DNA of 64,000 nucleotides from Fuerstiella sp. (GCA_041689795.1 JBDNFN010000396.1:16122-80121), one strand, 5' to 3'; counted from the stretch's first letter, positions 45,599-55,787 are shown. Made by a program: numbers and translations. The notes: generated from the sequence alone by a model not told the origin.

Positions 45599-48500
45599 AT
45601 GCCAACGAGTGACCGTCGCGGGATGATTCAATCGCTGTCGCAGGGAAGGCCTTGTGTGTTCAAAGTGCTGAGCACGGTTCTGCTTCTGGCTGTTCTTAAC
45701 GAGCGACTTTCAGCGGTCGACGTGACCGCGAAAACGCCCGAAGTTTCTCTGCACGGTTCGCTTGAACACCTGCAGCACAGTCTGGTCGAATCCGGAGACC
45801 AGGGACGCCTGCTGGAACTGGCGAAACGTCAATTGGAACTCGGTCACAGAGATATTGCCTTCGAAGCTTTGCTGGAATTGTTTGCTCAGCCCTCCGACGC
45901 ATTCACACCGGTTGCCGCAGGCGGCGCTTCGGCGAGTACTCATCGAACGGCCGTGCAGTTGCTGCAAATGTCGGGTAACGACATTCGGTTCGCCTGGTCG
46001 CGCAGCGTTGAGCCTCTGGCTGCCATTGCGATGAAGCAGGCGAAGGGTGACGCTGAAGCCGTTATTTCGATTGCAAGACGGTTTCCATTAACTCCCACCG
46101 GAATGCAGGCGTTGACCACGCGATCTGCGCTAGCGCAATCTCGCGGTCAATTCGGTTTGGCTGAAGCAATTCACGAGGAACTTCAAACACTTTATATTGA
46201 TAAGCCCTCTTTCGGACTCAACGGTCGCCTACCGGATAACAGCCTGTCGAAGGAACTGACGATGATTGCCCGAATGGCGGGTGGCACGGCGAATGTGACG
46301 CCCGATCAGCTCACGTTGCCATGGCCCGACCCATTATGGAGCTGGAAGGAATCGATCTGGCGCGTGCCGGCTGCAAGCGTTTTCGGTGGGGTGAATCTTC
46401 CTGAAAACAGAGCGTTATTTTCGGTGAACACATGGCAGCCCGTGCTGGCTGAGAATACGATATTTTTGCGAACGCCGGTTAGAATTCTGGCCTTTGATAA
46501 ACACAGCGGGAAAGTCGAGTGGTCGCTGTACACAGACACTGTAAAGTCGGCATCAAGTCTGGACGAACTTTCAGAAACGTTACTGTTGCAGGGTAGCACG
46601 AGTCTAGCCGAAATTCTTCAGATGGAAAACCTTGGCACCGTTGCGGTGTCAGGACAGCACGTGTTTTTTATCGATCACTTCCGTAAGTTCTCGGAAACAT
46701 ATAATACCGGGCAGTTCAATAGTCCACCGCTGCGCCAGCGAAAGCTGGAGCAGTTACTGCGTTCTCGTGGATCTTCAGAAGAAGCAGATGGACGACGACT
46801 GGTGGCACTGCGAATGCAGCCAAAGCCGGAAATCGCGTGGTCGGTCGGCGATTGTCCTGACTTTGATTATCGCTTCTCTGAAATGCCGCCGCAGCCGCGT
46901 AAGTTGAGCAAGACTCTGGGAGAAGAATTTTCCGGCGACGTTCTGCCATCAGAGTTCGAAGGACAAAAGTTTTGCGGCGTTCCTTTGGTTCATGACCAGA
47001 TGTTGTTTGTACTTTCGTCAGATGATGAAGTTGTAAGATTGAACTGTCTTACTGAGTCTACGGGGCGACTGCTTTGGAAGAAGTCGCTGGTTTACAACAA
47101 CGACGGCAACGGCCTCGTTCAGGAACGCTTTGCTGTGAATTACGAGCAGGCACAGAATGCTTCGTTATGTGGCGTCGATAAACAAACCATTATCTGCGCA
47201 TTGAACGGTGGTGTTGTCATTGGTGCTTCAGTGGTGGATGGACAGTTGCTGTGGGCGACCAGTGTTCGCGACATTGAGGAAGATTCGTCGGAACGTGACA
47301 GCCAACGTCGACTGTTTAGCGCCATTTCCATTACGGCTCGGCCGATTCCAACAATTCGTTCTCAGCCGGTATTACTGCCTGGACGAATGATCTGGTCGGC
47401 GCCTTTCTGCAGTACTGTGCAATGTCTGGACACGTTGACAGGGGAAATTATATGGACTGTTCCGCGTTCTGTTGCAGCGGTCGGCGAACTGGAAGGCAGC
47501 GTCGACGACTACGCGATTGCCGCCACAAACGGACAGGTGATCATGATTGGCCCGCGGCACATTCGCGCCTTGAAGTCAGTCGATGGAACGCAGCAATGGG
47601 TTGCGCCCGTGTTGGCTCAAAGCGGGCGCGCATTCTGCAGCCGTGATACATGCCTGGTGCCACTGATTGACGGGACTCTGGCTCAGTTTGATCTGGAAAC
47701 CGGCCGCCGAGCGACCACATCCTCTGTGGCTGCCGGTTTAGAGAAGTTGGAATTGGTTGGCACAGTTGTCGCCGATGATGACGTTGTGTGTGTGGCAGGG
47801 CCAATTGCAATTTCAGTACTCCCGACCACAGATGCGTTCCGACGAAACACTGAATCACTTCGACCTATTACCGGTAACTCCGTCGCAACACAGCTTGATT
47901 TGGCTCGAGCGGAACTTATTTCCGGGCGCATTGCCAATGGGATTCTGGCGCTGAATTCACTTCTTGATGAGCGGCCAGACTTGACGGTTAACGACGAAAT
48001 AACCGAGTTGCTTTCCGAAACTCTGTTGTCGTTATTAGGTTCGGGCAATTCAGTGGAGCGAGATGCCGAGATTTCGAACGCTGAAATTTCTGCACAGCTG
48101 CAGCGGCTTCCGCTCACGGTTGCTCAACAGATTCGTCATGCGATACTGCAACCTGCTGTCGCTCTGGATTACGAAGAAGAAAACATATTCGCTGCATCGA
48201 CCAGATTGAGGCTCGAACCGGACTGGTCTGCACGTGCTGATGTGGCGGCGTGGGGTATGCTTCGGCCGATAAACGCGAATCGAGTTTCGTCATTTCATGA
48301 AGCAGATGAGCTTTCGTTATCGCAAATTCAGCATGCGATACTGTTTCCTGAACATACTGGAACCGTCGAGCGTCTGTTGGGTTATGCAAAGCAGCTTGTG
48401 GCGGATCAGCAACCGGTAGCGGCTGAGTTGTTGCTTCTATCGGCGTATGCGAACGCAGATACGGATCAGAAAACCGAATTGAGTCATTCGATTATCAGGC

Positions 48501-49912
48501 TTCGCGAATCGTTCGTATCTGTGGCAGTGACTCATCCTTCACCCTTTGTACCGAAAAAGTGGGAAATTGAGATCGAGGAAGCAATGAGTCTGACATCCGG
48601 AAGTCAGGTTGCGACCGCACTGGGAGTTGCTCGCAGGCTGGCCGACGTTCCTGATTGGTATGATAAAAAGCTATTTCTCGCGAACCGTGACATTATTGCC
48701 ACGGACATGACTGCCGGTGTGATTACTCATTCTAACCGACTACCGGCGTCTGGTGATCCTGTGGCTTTGGATCAGGCATTCGAGATGCCATCGATTCTTC
48801 CTTTGGCAAGTGCAGGTCATGTGGGAGTCGTGTCGTTGCTGAATGCCGATGGTCCGAAATTGTTGTGGTGGAAACGGGTCGATCGGCCGGCTTCAGATGT
48901 CTCTTCCATTGAAGTTGGCCCGTTTGGGCCGAGCTATCTGACAGTGACAACAGGCAGTCAGTTAATGTGTTTCCATCCGTTAACAGGGCAGGTGCTTTGG
49001 ACGCGTAAAGCTTCCATCGACACGGCATCGCAGAGCGTTTTCCAACGTGCCTTAAGGGTTGTGGGCGACAGCGAAGTGACAGCGATGCTGGGGCAGAACC
49101 TCAAAAGCTGCGAAGTGTTTCGTACCCAGGACGGAAAGCGGCTTGCGCCCGTTTTTCTTGATATTCCACGGGGGCAGACACCGTTGGTATCCGGACGATG
49201 TCTGCTGTTCCAAAAAGATCAGAAGTTGATACTGATCGATCTGCTAACGGGAACCAACCTGCTCGAAACGGAGCCCGAACTGCGAGTTCTCGGGGCAGGT
49301 CAGGCGCGAAAACTCAGCGATCATCGAGCCGTCACGCTCACCGATAAACTGGATTTGGTTGTACTCAACCTGCAGACTGCAAAAACAGAACTGAAGGTTT
49401 CAGTTGCAGACATCGTTCAGCCCGAACTGGTCGTTGGTATGACCGCGTTCGAACGTGATGGAAAGCTGTTCGTGTTGCTGAAGGACTGGAACACGGCTCG
49501 ATCGCAGCGGTCAGCTTCGTCTAAAATTGGTGACATCAGGTTGGATTCCGGAATTCTTTGCTGCATAAACGTCGCTTCAGGCGGATTGCTATGGCACCGG
49601 GACATCGATCCGTGCGTCGTACCGAAAATTTATGGCGACGCGACTCCGCTGATGATTAGCTGGGCGTTTCAGCATCCTCAGTACATTTGGGAACAACGAC
49701 TTGGCAGAGGTCGGAATCGTGGCGACGACGCATTAATGGACGAACAGTCTTCCTTGATTTTGACGATTGTCGATTCGGAAACCGGAAATCTGGTTGTCGA
49801 ACAAAAGAACCTGAGTCGAGCCGAACCACTTCGATGCGTGCACAATGCCGACCGTCGCGTGATCACGCTTGATACGGACACATCGGTGATTTCAGTGAAA
49901 TATGGCGGATAG
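45599..49912 (+). CDS. Giant secreted protein with multiple PQQ-like (BamB-type) beta-propeller repeats and helical/TPR-like segments
   Basis: 1437 aa with an N-terminal hydrophobic signal. The G-x-(L/I/V)-W repeat signature recurs: GKVEWSLY, TGRLLWKKSL, DGQLLWATSV, TGEIIWTVP, DGTQQWVAPV, TGQVLWTRKA, GGLLWHRDI. Confidence 0.7.
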   Translation: MPTSDRRGMIQSLSQGRPCVFKVLSTVLLLAVLNERLSAVDVTAKTPEVSLHGSLEHLQHSLVESGDQGRLLELAKRQLELGHRDIAFEALLELFAQPSDAFTPVAAGGASASTHRTAVQLLQMSGNDIRFAWSRSVEPLAAIAMKQAKGDAEAVISIARRFPLTPTGMQALTTRSALAQSRGQFGLAEAIHEELQTLYIDKPSFGLNGRLPDNSLSKELTMIARMAGGTANVTPDQLTLPWPDPLWSWKESIWRVPAASVFGGVNLPENRALFSVNTWQPVLAENTIFLRTPVRILAFDKHSGKVEWSLYTDTVKSASSLDELSETLLLQGSTSLAEILQMENLGTVAVSGQHVFFIDHFRKFSETYNTGQFNSPPLRQRKLEQLLRSRGSSEEADGRRLVALRMQPKPEIAWSVGDCPDFDYRFSEMPPQPRKLSKTLGEEFSGDVLPSEFEGQKFCGVPLVHDQMLFVLSSDDEVVRLNCLTESTGRLLWKKSLVYNNDGNGLVQERFAVNYEQAQNASLCGVDKQTIICALNGGVVIGASVVDGQLLWATSVRDIEEDSSERDSQRRLFSAISITARPIPTIRSQPVLLPGRMIWSAPFCSTVQCLDTLTGEIIWTVPRSVAAVGELEGSVDDYAIAATNGQVIMIGPRHIRALKSVDGTQQWVAPVLAQSGRAFCSRDTCLVPLIDGTLAQFDLETGRRATTSSVAAGLEKLELVGTVVADDDVVCVAGPIAISVLPTTDAFRRNTESLRPITGNSVATQLDLARAELISGRIANGILALNSLLDERPDLTVNDEITELLSETLLSLLGSGNSVERDAEISNAEISAQLQRLPLTVAQQIRHAILQPAVALDYEEENIFAASTRLRLEPDWSARADVAAWGMLRPINANRVSSFHEADELSLSQIQHAILFPEHTGTVERLLGYAKQLVADQQPVAAELLLLSAYANADTDQKTELSHSIIRLRESFVSVAVTHPSPFVPKKWEIEIEEAMSLTSGSQVATALGVARRLADVPDWYDKKLFLANRDIIATDMTAGVITHSNRLPASGDPVALDQAFEMPSILPLASAGHVGVVSLLNADGPKLLWWKRVDRPASDVSSIEVGPFGPSYLTVTTGSQLMCFHPLTGQVLWTRKASIDTASQSVFQRALRVVGDSEVTAMLGQNLKSCEVFRTQDGKRLAPVFLDIPRGQTPLVSGRCLLFQKDQKLILIDLLTGTNLLETEPELRVLGAGQARKLSDHRAVTLTDKLDLVVLNLQTAKTELKVSVADIVQPELVVGMTAFERDGKLFVLLKDWNTARSQRSASSKIGDIRLDSGILCCINVASGGLLWHRDIDPCVVPKIYGDATPLMISWAFQHPQYIWEQRLGRGRNRGDDALMDEQSSLILTIVDSETGNLVVEQKNLSRAEPLRCVHNADRRVITLDTDTSVISVKYGG

Positions 49913-50130
49913 CCACAGCGTTTGCACAGATTTCTATTCTCGCTCGGTAACGAATGACCGCCCGCTCGAAATATCTCTCGGTCATCAGACTGACAATCTG
50001 CAAACTTTGGCAGCAGTGAAGCAGACCGGCGCCGGGACTCGCGCAGGCCAGTGTTGACTGTCGGAACGTCAGCGCCATCAAGGCTGCAGTCGGGCAACTT
50101 TCTGGTATTGAATAGCGCAGACTCGCTTGG

Positions 50131-50157
50131 CAGGGCGGACGAGGCGTCCTGTATTTT
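50131..50157 (+). terminator. Possible intrinsic terminator about 220 nt downstream of the giant PQQ-repeat gene
   Basis: CAGGGCG-GACGAGG-CGTCCTG forms a 7-bp stem including one G-U, followed by TATTTT. Confidence 0.3.
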
Positions 50158-50356
50158 CGTGTGATAGAAACAATCAGGTTTACGCTAAGCGGATCAGCTG
50201 AATGATAGAACTTCGGCCTCATTTTGAAGGGGAATAAATTCAGCGACGCGGTGTGACCGCCCACTTCCCGTCCGCCAACCAGCCTGTTGCCTGTAATTGC
50301 AAGAATGTGGCTCGCGCATGCGTTGACCGAACAACGGCATTGCATACACTCGGTAC

Positions 50357-51295
50357 ATGAAGCGAAAAAAAGTAACCTTGCACTTTGAAAATCTATTGAA
50401 GTCGGCAAAACGCCTTGCCGACCTTGAAAACGCTCGTGCCGTTGTTTTGCTGTGCGAAGACGCTTTCGACTTCAAACTCATGAAGAAACTGCTGCGAGGT
50501 GTGCACCTGCTGGTGGCAGCAGAGGATCCCGACATTCAGCAGGCGGTGCTGGCTGATGAAGTTGAATTAATTCCGCTTGAAGACGAACCTCAGACTCGCA
50601 GTACTCAGGTTTCTCAGATGCTGCTTGTGGCGATTGCCGACGAATTGCTGCAATCCGGCGATGTCATCGTGGCCGTGTATTCGTCGTATGAAAAAGAAGT
50701 CTGCGACACAATCAGCCTGATTCATCTGGCGGATCAGCTTGCCAAGCTAACATCGCGCGATTTACAAAGGCTGGAAACTCAGGTTCCATTGGAAACGCTC
50801 CGTAACGTGGTTGATCTGGCCTGCGAAATTGGTCGGGACGGTCGAGAAGGCAAGTCTGTTGGAACGTTATTTGTCGTTGGCCAGCATCGCAAAGTGATGG
50901 CTCTTTCACAGGAACAGGTTCACGATCCGTTTCGAGGCTATTGCCGGGCGGAACGTCTGATTCGCAGTCCACGCGTTCGGGAAAGCATGAAAGAGCTTGC
51001 TCAGATTGACGGTGCGTTTGTGATTTCTGCTGACGGTGTCGTTCAGGCCGCCGGTCGGCATTTGCGAGCCTCCGCAGACGATATCGTGCTGTCAAAGGGG
51101 CTTGGTTCCAGACATTGGGCGGCCGCTGAGATCTCCAAAGCGACCGATGCCATCGCGATAGCGGTTTCCGAGTCAACCGGCACCGTTCGAGTATTCCAGA
51201 ACGGTCGTGTGGTACTGCGAATCGAACCGATGGATTCTAATATGAAGTGGACTGACTTCGAAACAGAACCGCCGGACACGACTAAGGCGACATGA
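50357..51295 (+). CDS. Soluble diadenylate cyclase (DAC / DisA_N) domain protein with an uncharacterised N-terminal domain
   Basis: The C-terminal half reads GREGKSVGTLFVVG...LAQIDGAFVISADGVVQAAGRHL...GLGSRHWAAAEISKATDAIAIAVSESTGTVRVFQNG, carrying the DGA and (G)xRHxAA DAC motifs. There are no TM helices (unlike CdaA) and no HhH domain (unlike DisA). Confidence 0.8.
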   Translation: MKRKKVTLHFENLLKSAKRLADLENARAVVLLCEDAFDFKLMKKLLRGVHLLVAAEDPDIQQAVLADEVELIPLEDEPQTRSTQVSQMLLVAIADELLQSGDVIVAVYSSYEKEVCDTISLIHLADQLAKLTSRDLQRLETQVPLETLRNVVDLACEIGRDGREGKSVGTLFVVGQHRKVMALSQEQVHDPFRGYCRAERLIRSPRVRESMKELAQIDGAFVISADGVVQAAGRHLRASADDIVLSKGLGSRHWAAAEISKATDAIAIAVSESTGTVRVFQNGRVVLRIEPMDSNMKWTDFETEPPDTTKAT

Positions 51296-51353
51296 CGCAT
51301 CGCGCGGCTGGTAATTTCGATTTCCTTCTTGATTTTTTAACGCAGTAATTTCT

Positions 51354-52265
51354 ATGCAAACGACGCCCGTTACCCCCGAACAGTTTTCTCGGTCTGTACT
51401 GGCTGTGCCTCCGTTGGCACGTGACTCACAGTTTCGGATTTGTCGCGACAACAACGAAAAAATCATTCGCCACATTGAAAACGGCGGGGTGTCGATGTTG
51501 TTGTACGGCGGAAATGCCAATTTCTACCACATCCGCCCCAGCGAGTTTGGCGAACTGCTGGAAGTGTTGAGCGAACTTGCCAGTGCTGAGACCTTGGTCA
51601 TACCTTCTGTTGGGCCAGCTTATGGCACGATGATGGATCAGGCCGAAGTGCTGAAAACGTTTGAATTTCCAACTGCTATGGTTCTGCCGACAAAGGCCGT
51701 CATGACCGAAGCTGGTTTGATGACCGGCTTCCGGCACTTTGTTGAAGGCGTCAATCGCCCCGCAGTTTTATACATCAAGGAAGAAGGCTACATCAGCCCT
51801 GAAGGCGCGGCCGAACTTGTTGATGACGGACTGGTTTCATTCATCAAATATGCCATTGTCCGGGATGATCCGGCAGACGATGAATTTCTATCCCGACTTA
51901 TGGATCGAGTCGATCCGAAAAAGATCTGCAGCGGTATTGGTGAACAGCCCGCTCTAGTGCATCTAACGAAATTTCGCTGCAGCGGTTTTACATCAGGCTG
52001 CGTTTGCGTGAATCCAGCGATGTCTCAGAAAATGTTGGCTGCCATCCTGGCTCACGACTACGACCTGGCCGAAGATATTCGCAAGCAGTTCCTTCCGCTG
52101 GAAAATCTACGCAACGAAATCAACCCGATTCGCGTGCTGCATGAGGCTATTGCCCTAAGCGGAATTGCGGAAACGGGACCTCACCTTCCTTTACTGTCTG
52201 GAATCACGGAGTCAGCGGCCGCCCGCGTGAAAACGGCGGCGACTGAACTGAAGGCCATAAGCTAG
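51354..52265 (+). CDS. Dihydrodipicolinate synthase-family class I aldolase
   Basis: AVPPLARDSQFRICRDNNEKIIRHIENGGVSMLLYGGNANFYHI, followed by a GLVSFIKYA candidate Schiff-base Lys. Length (303 aa) is typical. The specific substrate is unknown. Confidence 0.55.
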   Translation: MQTTPVTPEQFSRSVLAVPPLARDSQFRICRDNNEKIIRHIENGGVSMLLYGGNANFYHIRPSEFGELLEVLSELASAETLVIPSVGPAYGTMMDQAEVLKTFEFPTAMVLPTKAVMTEAGLMTGFRHFVEGVNRPAVLYIKEEGYISPEGAAELVDDGLVSFIKYAIVRDDPADDEFLSRLMDRVDPKKICSGIGEQPALVHLTKFRCSGFTSGCVCVNPAMSQKMLAAILAHDYDLAEDIRKQFLPLENLRNEINPIRVLHEAIALSGIAETGPHLPLLSGITESAAARVKTAATELKAIS

Positions 52266-52457
52266 GGATTGCTCTGCATCCGGTATTCGAAGGTTCACGT
52301 GATGCCGTTTAGATCGTCCGTCACAACGCATCGACGGTTTTCGTTTCCGAAGAATTGCGGACACCCCGCCGAACGCGTCGTTGGCAGCCATGCGACATCG
52401 CACACTTCCGAAGCCTTGGTACGTTTTGTTAAACCTATTAAAGCACCCTGCACCGGT

Positions 52458-55400
52458 TCAAACAGACGTCTGGGTGCTGACAACCGCATCGGCTTCCAGC
52501 AGAATTAATCTGCTGGAAACCGCTTCGGCCGGAATCCCGAAACACAGGGTCACCGCATTTCGGTACTCTTCCAGCTGCGGACCATAGTGGCAGATTTTAT
52601 CTGCAATCCACGCGTCGGTGTCTCCCACCAGTCGGTCTGTCTTAAAATCCAGAATGTCTGCTGCGACCGGTTTACCGTTCAGTTCAAGCAATACCAATCG
52701 ATCGATGGTGCCCTGTACGATCGCTCCGTTTCGTTTCAGTACAAACGGTCGTTCCTGTTCGATGCGTAGTGTTGCCTTGCCGCTTTTGATCTGAGCGGCA
52801 AAGGATTGAAACTGCGGTAACTTGAAGGCACCGGTTGTCGAAAGCGATTTATTCGAGTTCGGGCGTTGCAGCATCGACCTGAATGCTATCAGCAACGGCT
52901 TCAGCACTGGTTCCGGCACAAATGTCCATTCGACAACTTTTAGCAATTCTGCTTCTGACGGAACAGCAGAGTTGTCCAGCCAGTCGATTTGTTCAAACCA
53001 GGCATGAATGATCGTTCCTTTGGTGCGTGGGTCAATCTTGCTGTGAGCCGCTGATGTTTTCGTTTGCTTGTTCTTATCCTGAGAAGGCAGGTACAGCCGC
53101 GTGTCGTCGTGGCGAGAAGGAGCTTCGCGTCTTAGCCCTCGCTGACGTTCTGGTTGCAGTGCCAGTTTGATTGTCGGCAATCGGTTTCGATCTGCCAAGC
53201 TTGCCTGAACGGTGGGTTGAGCTGTTATGTGAGGTTGATGTAGGAACCATTCGTGATCACCAGCTTCGTAAATCACCTGATCTGCCGGGGCAACGTGGTC
53301 GTCGGCCAGTGCCGCCAGCAGTACTCCAGCGAACGTGGCCGGAGGTTTCGCGGAAGTGATTGGAGGGATGAACATATGCAAAGCGTGGACGGCCCGTGTT
53401 AAGGCAACATACAGTAGGCAAAGTGCTTCGGAAACGTCGCGGGAAACGGTTTGTTCAAATGCTTTCTGGAGCGATGTCGGTAGCAGACTTCGTATTGCTC
53501 GATTTCTCCATATGCAAACCTGATCGGGCGATTCTCCAGGAGCTGGTGTGCCTGCTGCCGCATTCGGAGCCTTAAACAAGCGTCCATCCAGTTCCGGCAA
53601 TACTACGATTTCGAATTCCAGTCCTTTGCTCTGGTGAACCGTCATTACGCGAATCGGTGCGATCTCCGCCTTGTTCAACCGACTGTTTTGCAGCATCTGC
53701 ACGAACTCGGCGGGGTTCAGTGACGGCGACGCATCAAACTGCCAGCCTTCTGCCACAATCTGTTGTAATCGCAGCAGGTCTCGCTGGCTGCAGTGCGGAC
53801 GAACCGCCTCGGACAGCCATTGCAGCGTGCGTCCGTATCCGTGGTCCATTAATCGAGTACGGATTTCGACGGCTGTGTTGCACGCGGCGACGTTGTCTTT
53901 CCACGTTGTGAGTTCTACAAGTCCCGCCAGCGGAGAGTTGGCAACGTGAAACCTTGAGATTTCGCAACCGGGATGACTTGCGAGGTGCAGCAGTGACAAC
54001 ACGGCCAATACAGCAGGGCTGTCTGTCGGCGCTGTTCCACCTTCTTCGCTGGCAGGTACACCCAGCAATCGCAGTTCGTGCACTAAGCGAGCTACTGTGT
54101 GATTCTTACGAGTTAATACTCCGATTTCCGCGCCGGGACACTGTTGATGAAGCTGCTGAATCTGTTCAGCCACCCAGCGATAATAAGGCACTCGGCGTTC
54201 TTCTGCAGAATCGCCATCCAGTTCAGGTGATGTTCTAAGCTGAGCGAACCCCGGAAGGTCTTTGTGGACTGTGGAATGAGTTGGAAAGCCCTGTTGCCAG
54301 CGATAGCAGGCAGGACCGTAGTCGTTCAAATTGTCGTGTTTACTTAGATGCTCGAAGACTCGGTTAACCGTTTCGATGACTCCGACAGACGACCGACGGC
54401 TTTGATCCAGAGACGTGGCCTGGATATTGGGCATCGTCTTTTCTACGGCGTCAAGGATTTCAGCCACACCGCCTCGCCAGCCATAGATTGCCTGTTTCGG
54501 ATCGCCGACGCAGAAAAAACTGGTGCCATCCGGGTGTTTGGCAATGTTCAATGCCAGCCGCCGCAGAATGTGCCATTGGTCGGGTGACGTGTCCTGAAAC
54601 TCGTCCAGCAACAGGTGTTGCAGCGAACTGTCCATGCGGAAGTTCATTCGAGCTCCGCTCGCGGCATCCTGTGACCTGGCCAACGTCCGAGTAACGTCAT
54701 TAAATCCCATCCAGCCATGTTCCGCACGCAAACGGCTATATTCCCGGTCGAATCGATCTATCAGGTTGTAAGTGGCCTTTGTCTGCTGAGCCACCGTTTC
54801 CAGCAGTTCAGCCTTAGCATGAGTGATCAAGCGTTCGTACGCTTCGATCAGGCCTGCTGGAATTTCTTTTCTACTGAACGTGGTTTCACCGGCGAAGATC
54901 TTTTTGGCGATTCCGGTATCGATGAATTTTTCCCATTGTCCGGCGTGGAAGCGGTCCAGGTCAGCTCGGACCGTTTTAATGATATTCGCATCGCCGTAAG
55001 TGGTTTCGGCTGAAACTTCACGCAGAGCAAAGTCCTGTTCTTTGCGTGTCAGTCGATTCAATTTCGGAATCTTCTGCCACGCCTCGGCGTCAGTCAGTAG
55101 GTAAAGTTCGTGAAACTGCAGCACCGTGTCATCGATGAGATCTCGCACGCTGCGTTTGCTTTTGCCATTCGCCAGCATCTGCATTAGTCGCTGCGCGTCT
55201 TTAGGCATTTGCTGCGAAAGGACTGCGTCAATCGCCTGCTGTCGCAGTTTACGAGCCGAATGGTCGTCGATGATCTTCCAGCCGGGCGGAAGACCGAGTT
55301 CCAGAGTTAAACTGCGAGCCAACTGCTGAAAAAAACTATCCAGCGTGCAGACGCGCATTCTGTGTAACTGAGCCGTAACTTCAGAAAGCAGCTCTTTAGC

Positions 55401-55649
55401 GCGTTCCTGTGTGACCTCGGCAGGCAGCATGAAATCGGCAAGTTTTGCGCACTCAGCTTTGTTTTCTGCGGCTGTCGCCAGACGCAGCAAGACTCGACCC
55501 AGAATTTCGCCGGCGGCTTTCCGAGTAAATGTGGTCGCCAAAATCGCTTCAGGTGGCTGACCCAGAAACAGCTGTTGCAAAAAGTGCCCGGACAGCTTAA
55601 ATGTTTTCCCGCTGCCCGCAGACGCTCTGATTAATTCATACATGGCCAA
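52458..55649 (-). CDS. UvrD/Rep-type helicase fused to a C-terminal PD-(D/E)XK nuclease (AddA/RecB-like)
   Basis: Motif I is ASAGSGKTF. FTRKAAGE, LLDEFQDTSP, CVGDPKQAIYGWRGG and VHQSKGLEF are present. The C-terminus GTIDRLVLL...ADILDFKTD is nuclease-like. Confidence 0.85.
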   Translation of the reverse strand: MAMYELIRASAGSGKTFKLSGHFLQQLFLGQPPEAILATTFTRKAAGEILGRVLLRLATAAENKAECAKLADFMLPAEVTQERAKELLSEVTAQLHRMRVCTLDSFFQQLARSLTLELGLPPGWKIIDDHSARKLRQQAIDAVLSQQMPKDAQRLMQMLANGKSKRSVRDLIDDTVLQFHELYLLTDAEAWQKIPKLNRLTRKEQDFALREVSAETTYGDANIIKTVRADLDRFHAGQWEKFIDTGIAKKIFAGETTFSRKEIPAGLIEAYERLITHAKAELLETVAQQTKATYNLIDRFDREYSRLRAEHGWMGFNDVTRTLARSQDAASGARMNFRMDSSLQHLLLDEFQDTSPDQWHILRRLALNIAKHPDGTSFFCVGDPKQAIYGWRGGVAEILDAVEKTMPNIQATSLDQSRRSSVGVIETVNRVFEHLSKHDNLNDYGPACYRWQQGFPTHSTVHKDLPGFAQLRTSPELDGDSAEERRVPYYRWVAEQIQQLHQQCPGAEIGVLTRKNHTVARLVHELRLLGVPASEEGGTAPTDSPAVLAVLSLLHLASHPGCEISRFHVANSPLAGLVELTTWKDNVAACNTAVEIRTRLMDHGYGRTLQWLSEAVRPHCSQRDLLRLQQIVAEGWQFDASPSLNPAEFVQMLQNSRLNKAEIAPIRVMTVHQSKGLEFEIVVLPELDGRLFKAPNAAAGTPAPGESPDQVCIWRNRAIRSLLPTSLQKAFEQTVSRDVSEALCLLYVALTRAVHALHMFIPPITSAKPPATFAGVLLAALADDHVAPADQVIYEAGDHEWFLHQPHITAQPTVQASLADRNRLPTIKLALQPERQRGLRREAPSRHDDTRLYLPSQDKNKQTKTSAAHSKIDPRTKGTIIHAWFEQIDWLDNSAVPSEAELLKVVEWTFVPEPVLKPLLIAFRSMLQRPNSNKSLSTTGAFKLPQFQSFAAQIKSGKATLRIEQERPFVLKRNGAIVQGTIDRLVLLELNGKPVAADILDFKTDRLVGDTDAWIADKICHYGPQLEEYRNAVTLCFGIPAEAVSSRLILLEADAVVSTQTSV

Positions 55650-55787
55650 ATCATCCCTGAGTGCCGACTAGCCTCTTTAATTCAAAGGCTAAGTTTAACG
55701 AACTGGCAGTCAGAAATCACGGCACCGCGGACATTCACCCCCGCGCTGTTCGAAGGCGGTATTCAGGGAAAAACAGCTTCAATCGAA

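Noticed and set aside
49863-50408. A 181-aa minus-strand ORF filling the gap between the PQQ-repeat gene and the DAC gene.
   Set aside because: It overlaps both neighbouring genes' ends and is Cys/Arg/Ser-rich. It has no motif, signal peptide or plausible start context, so it is probably non-coding. The region is listed as a finding instead.
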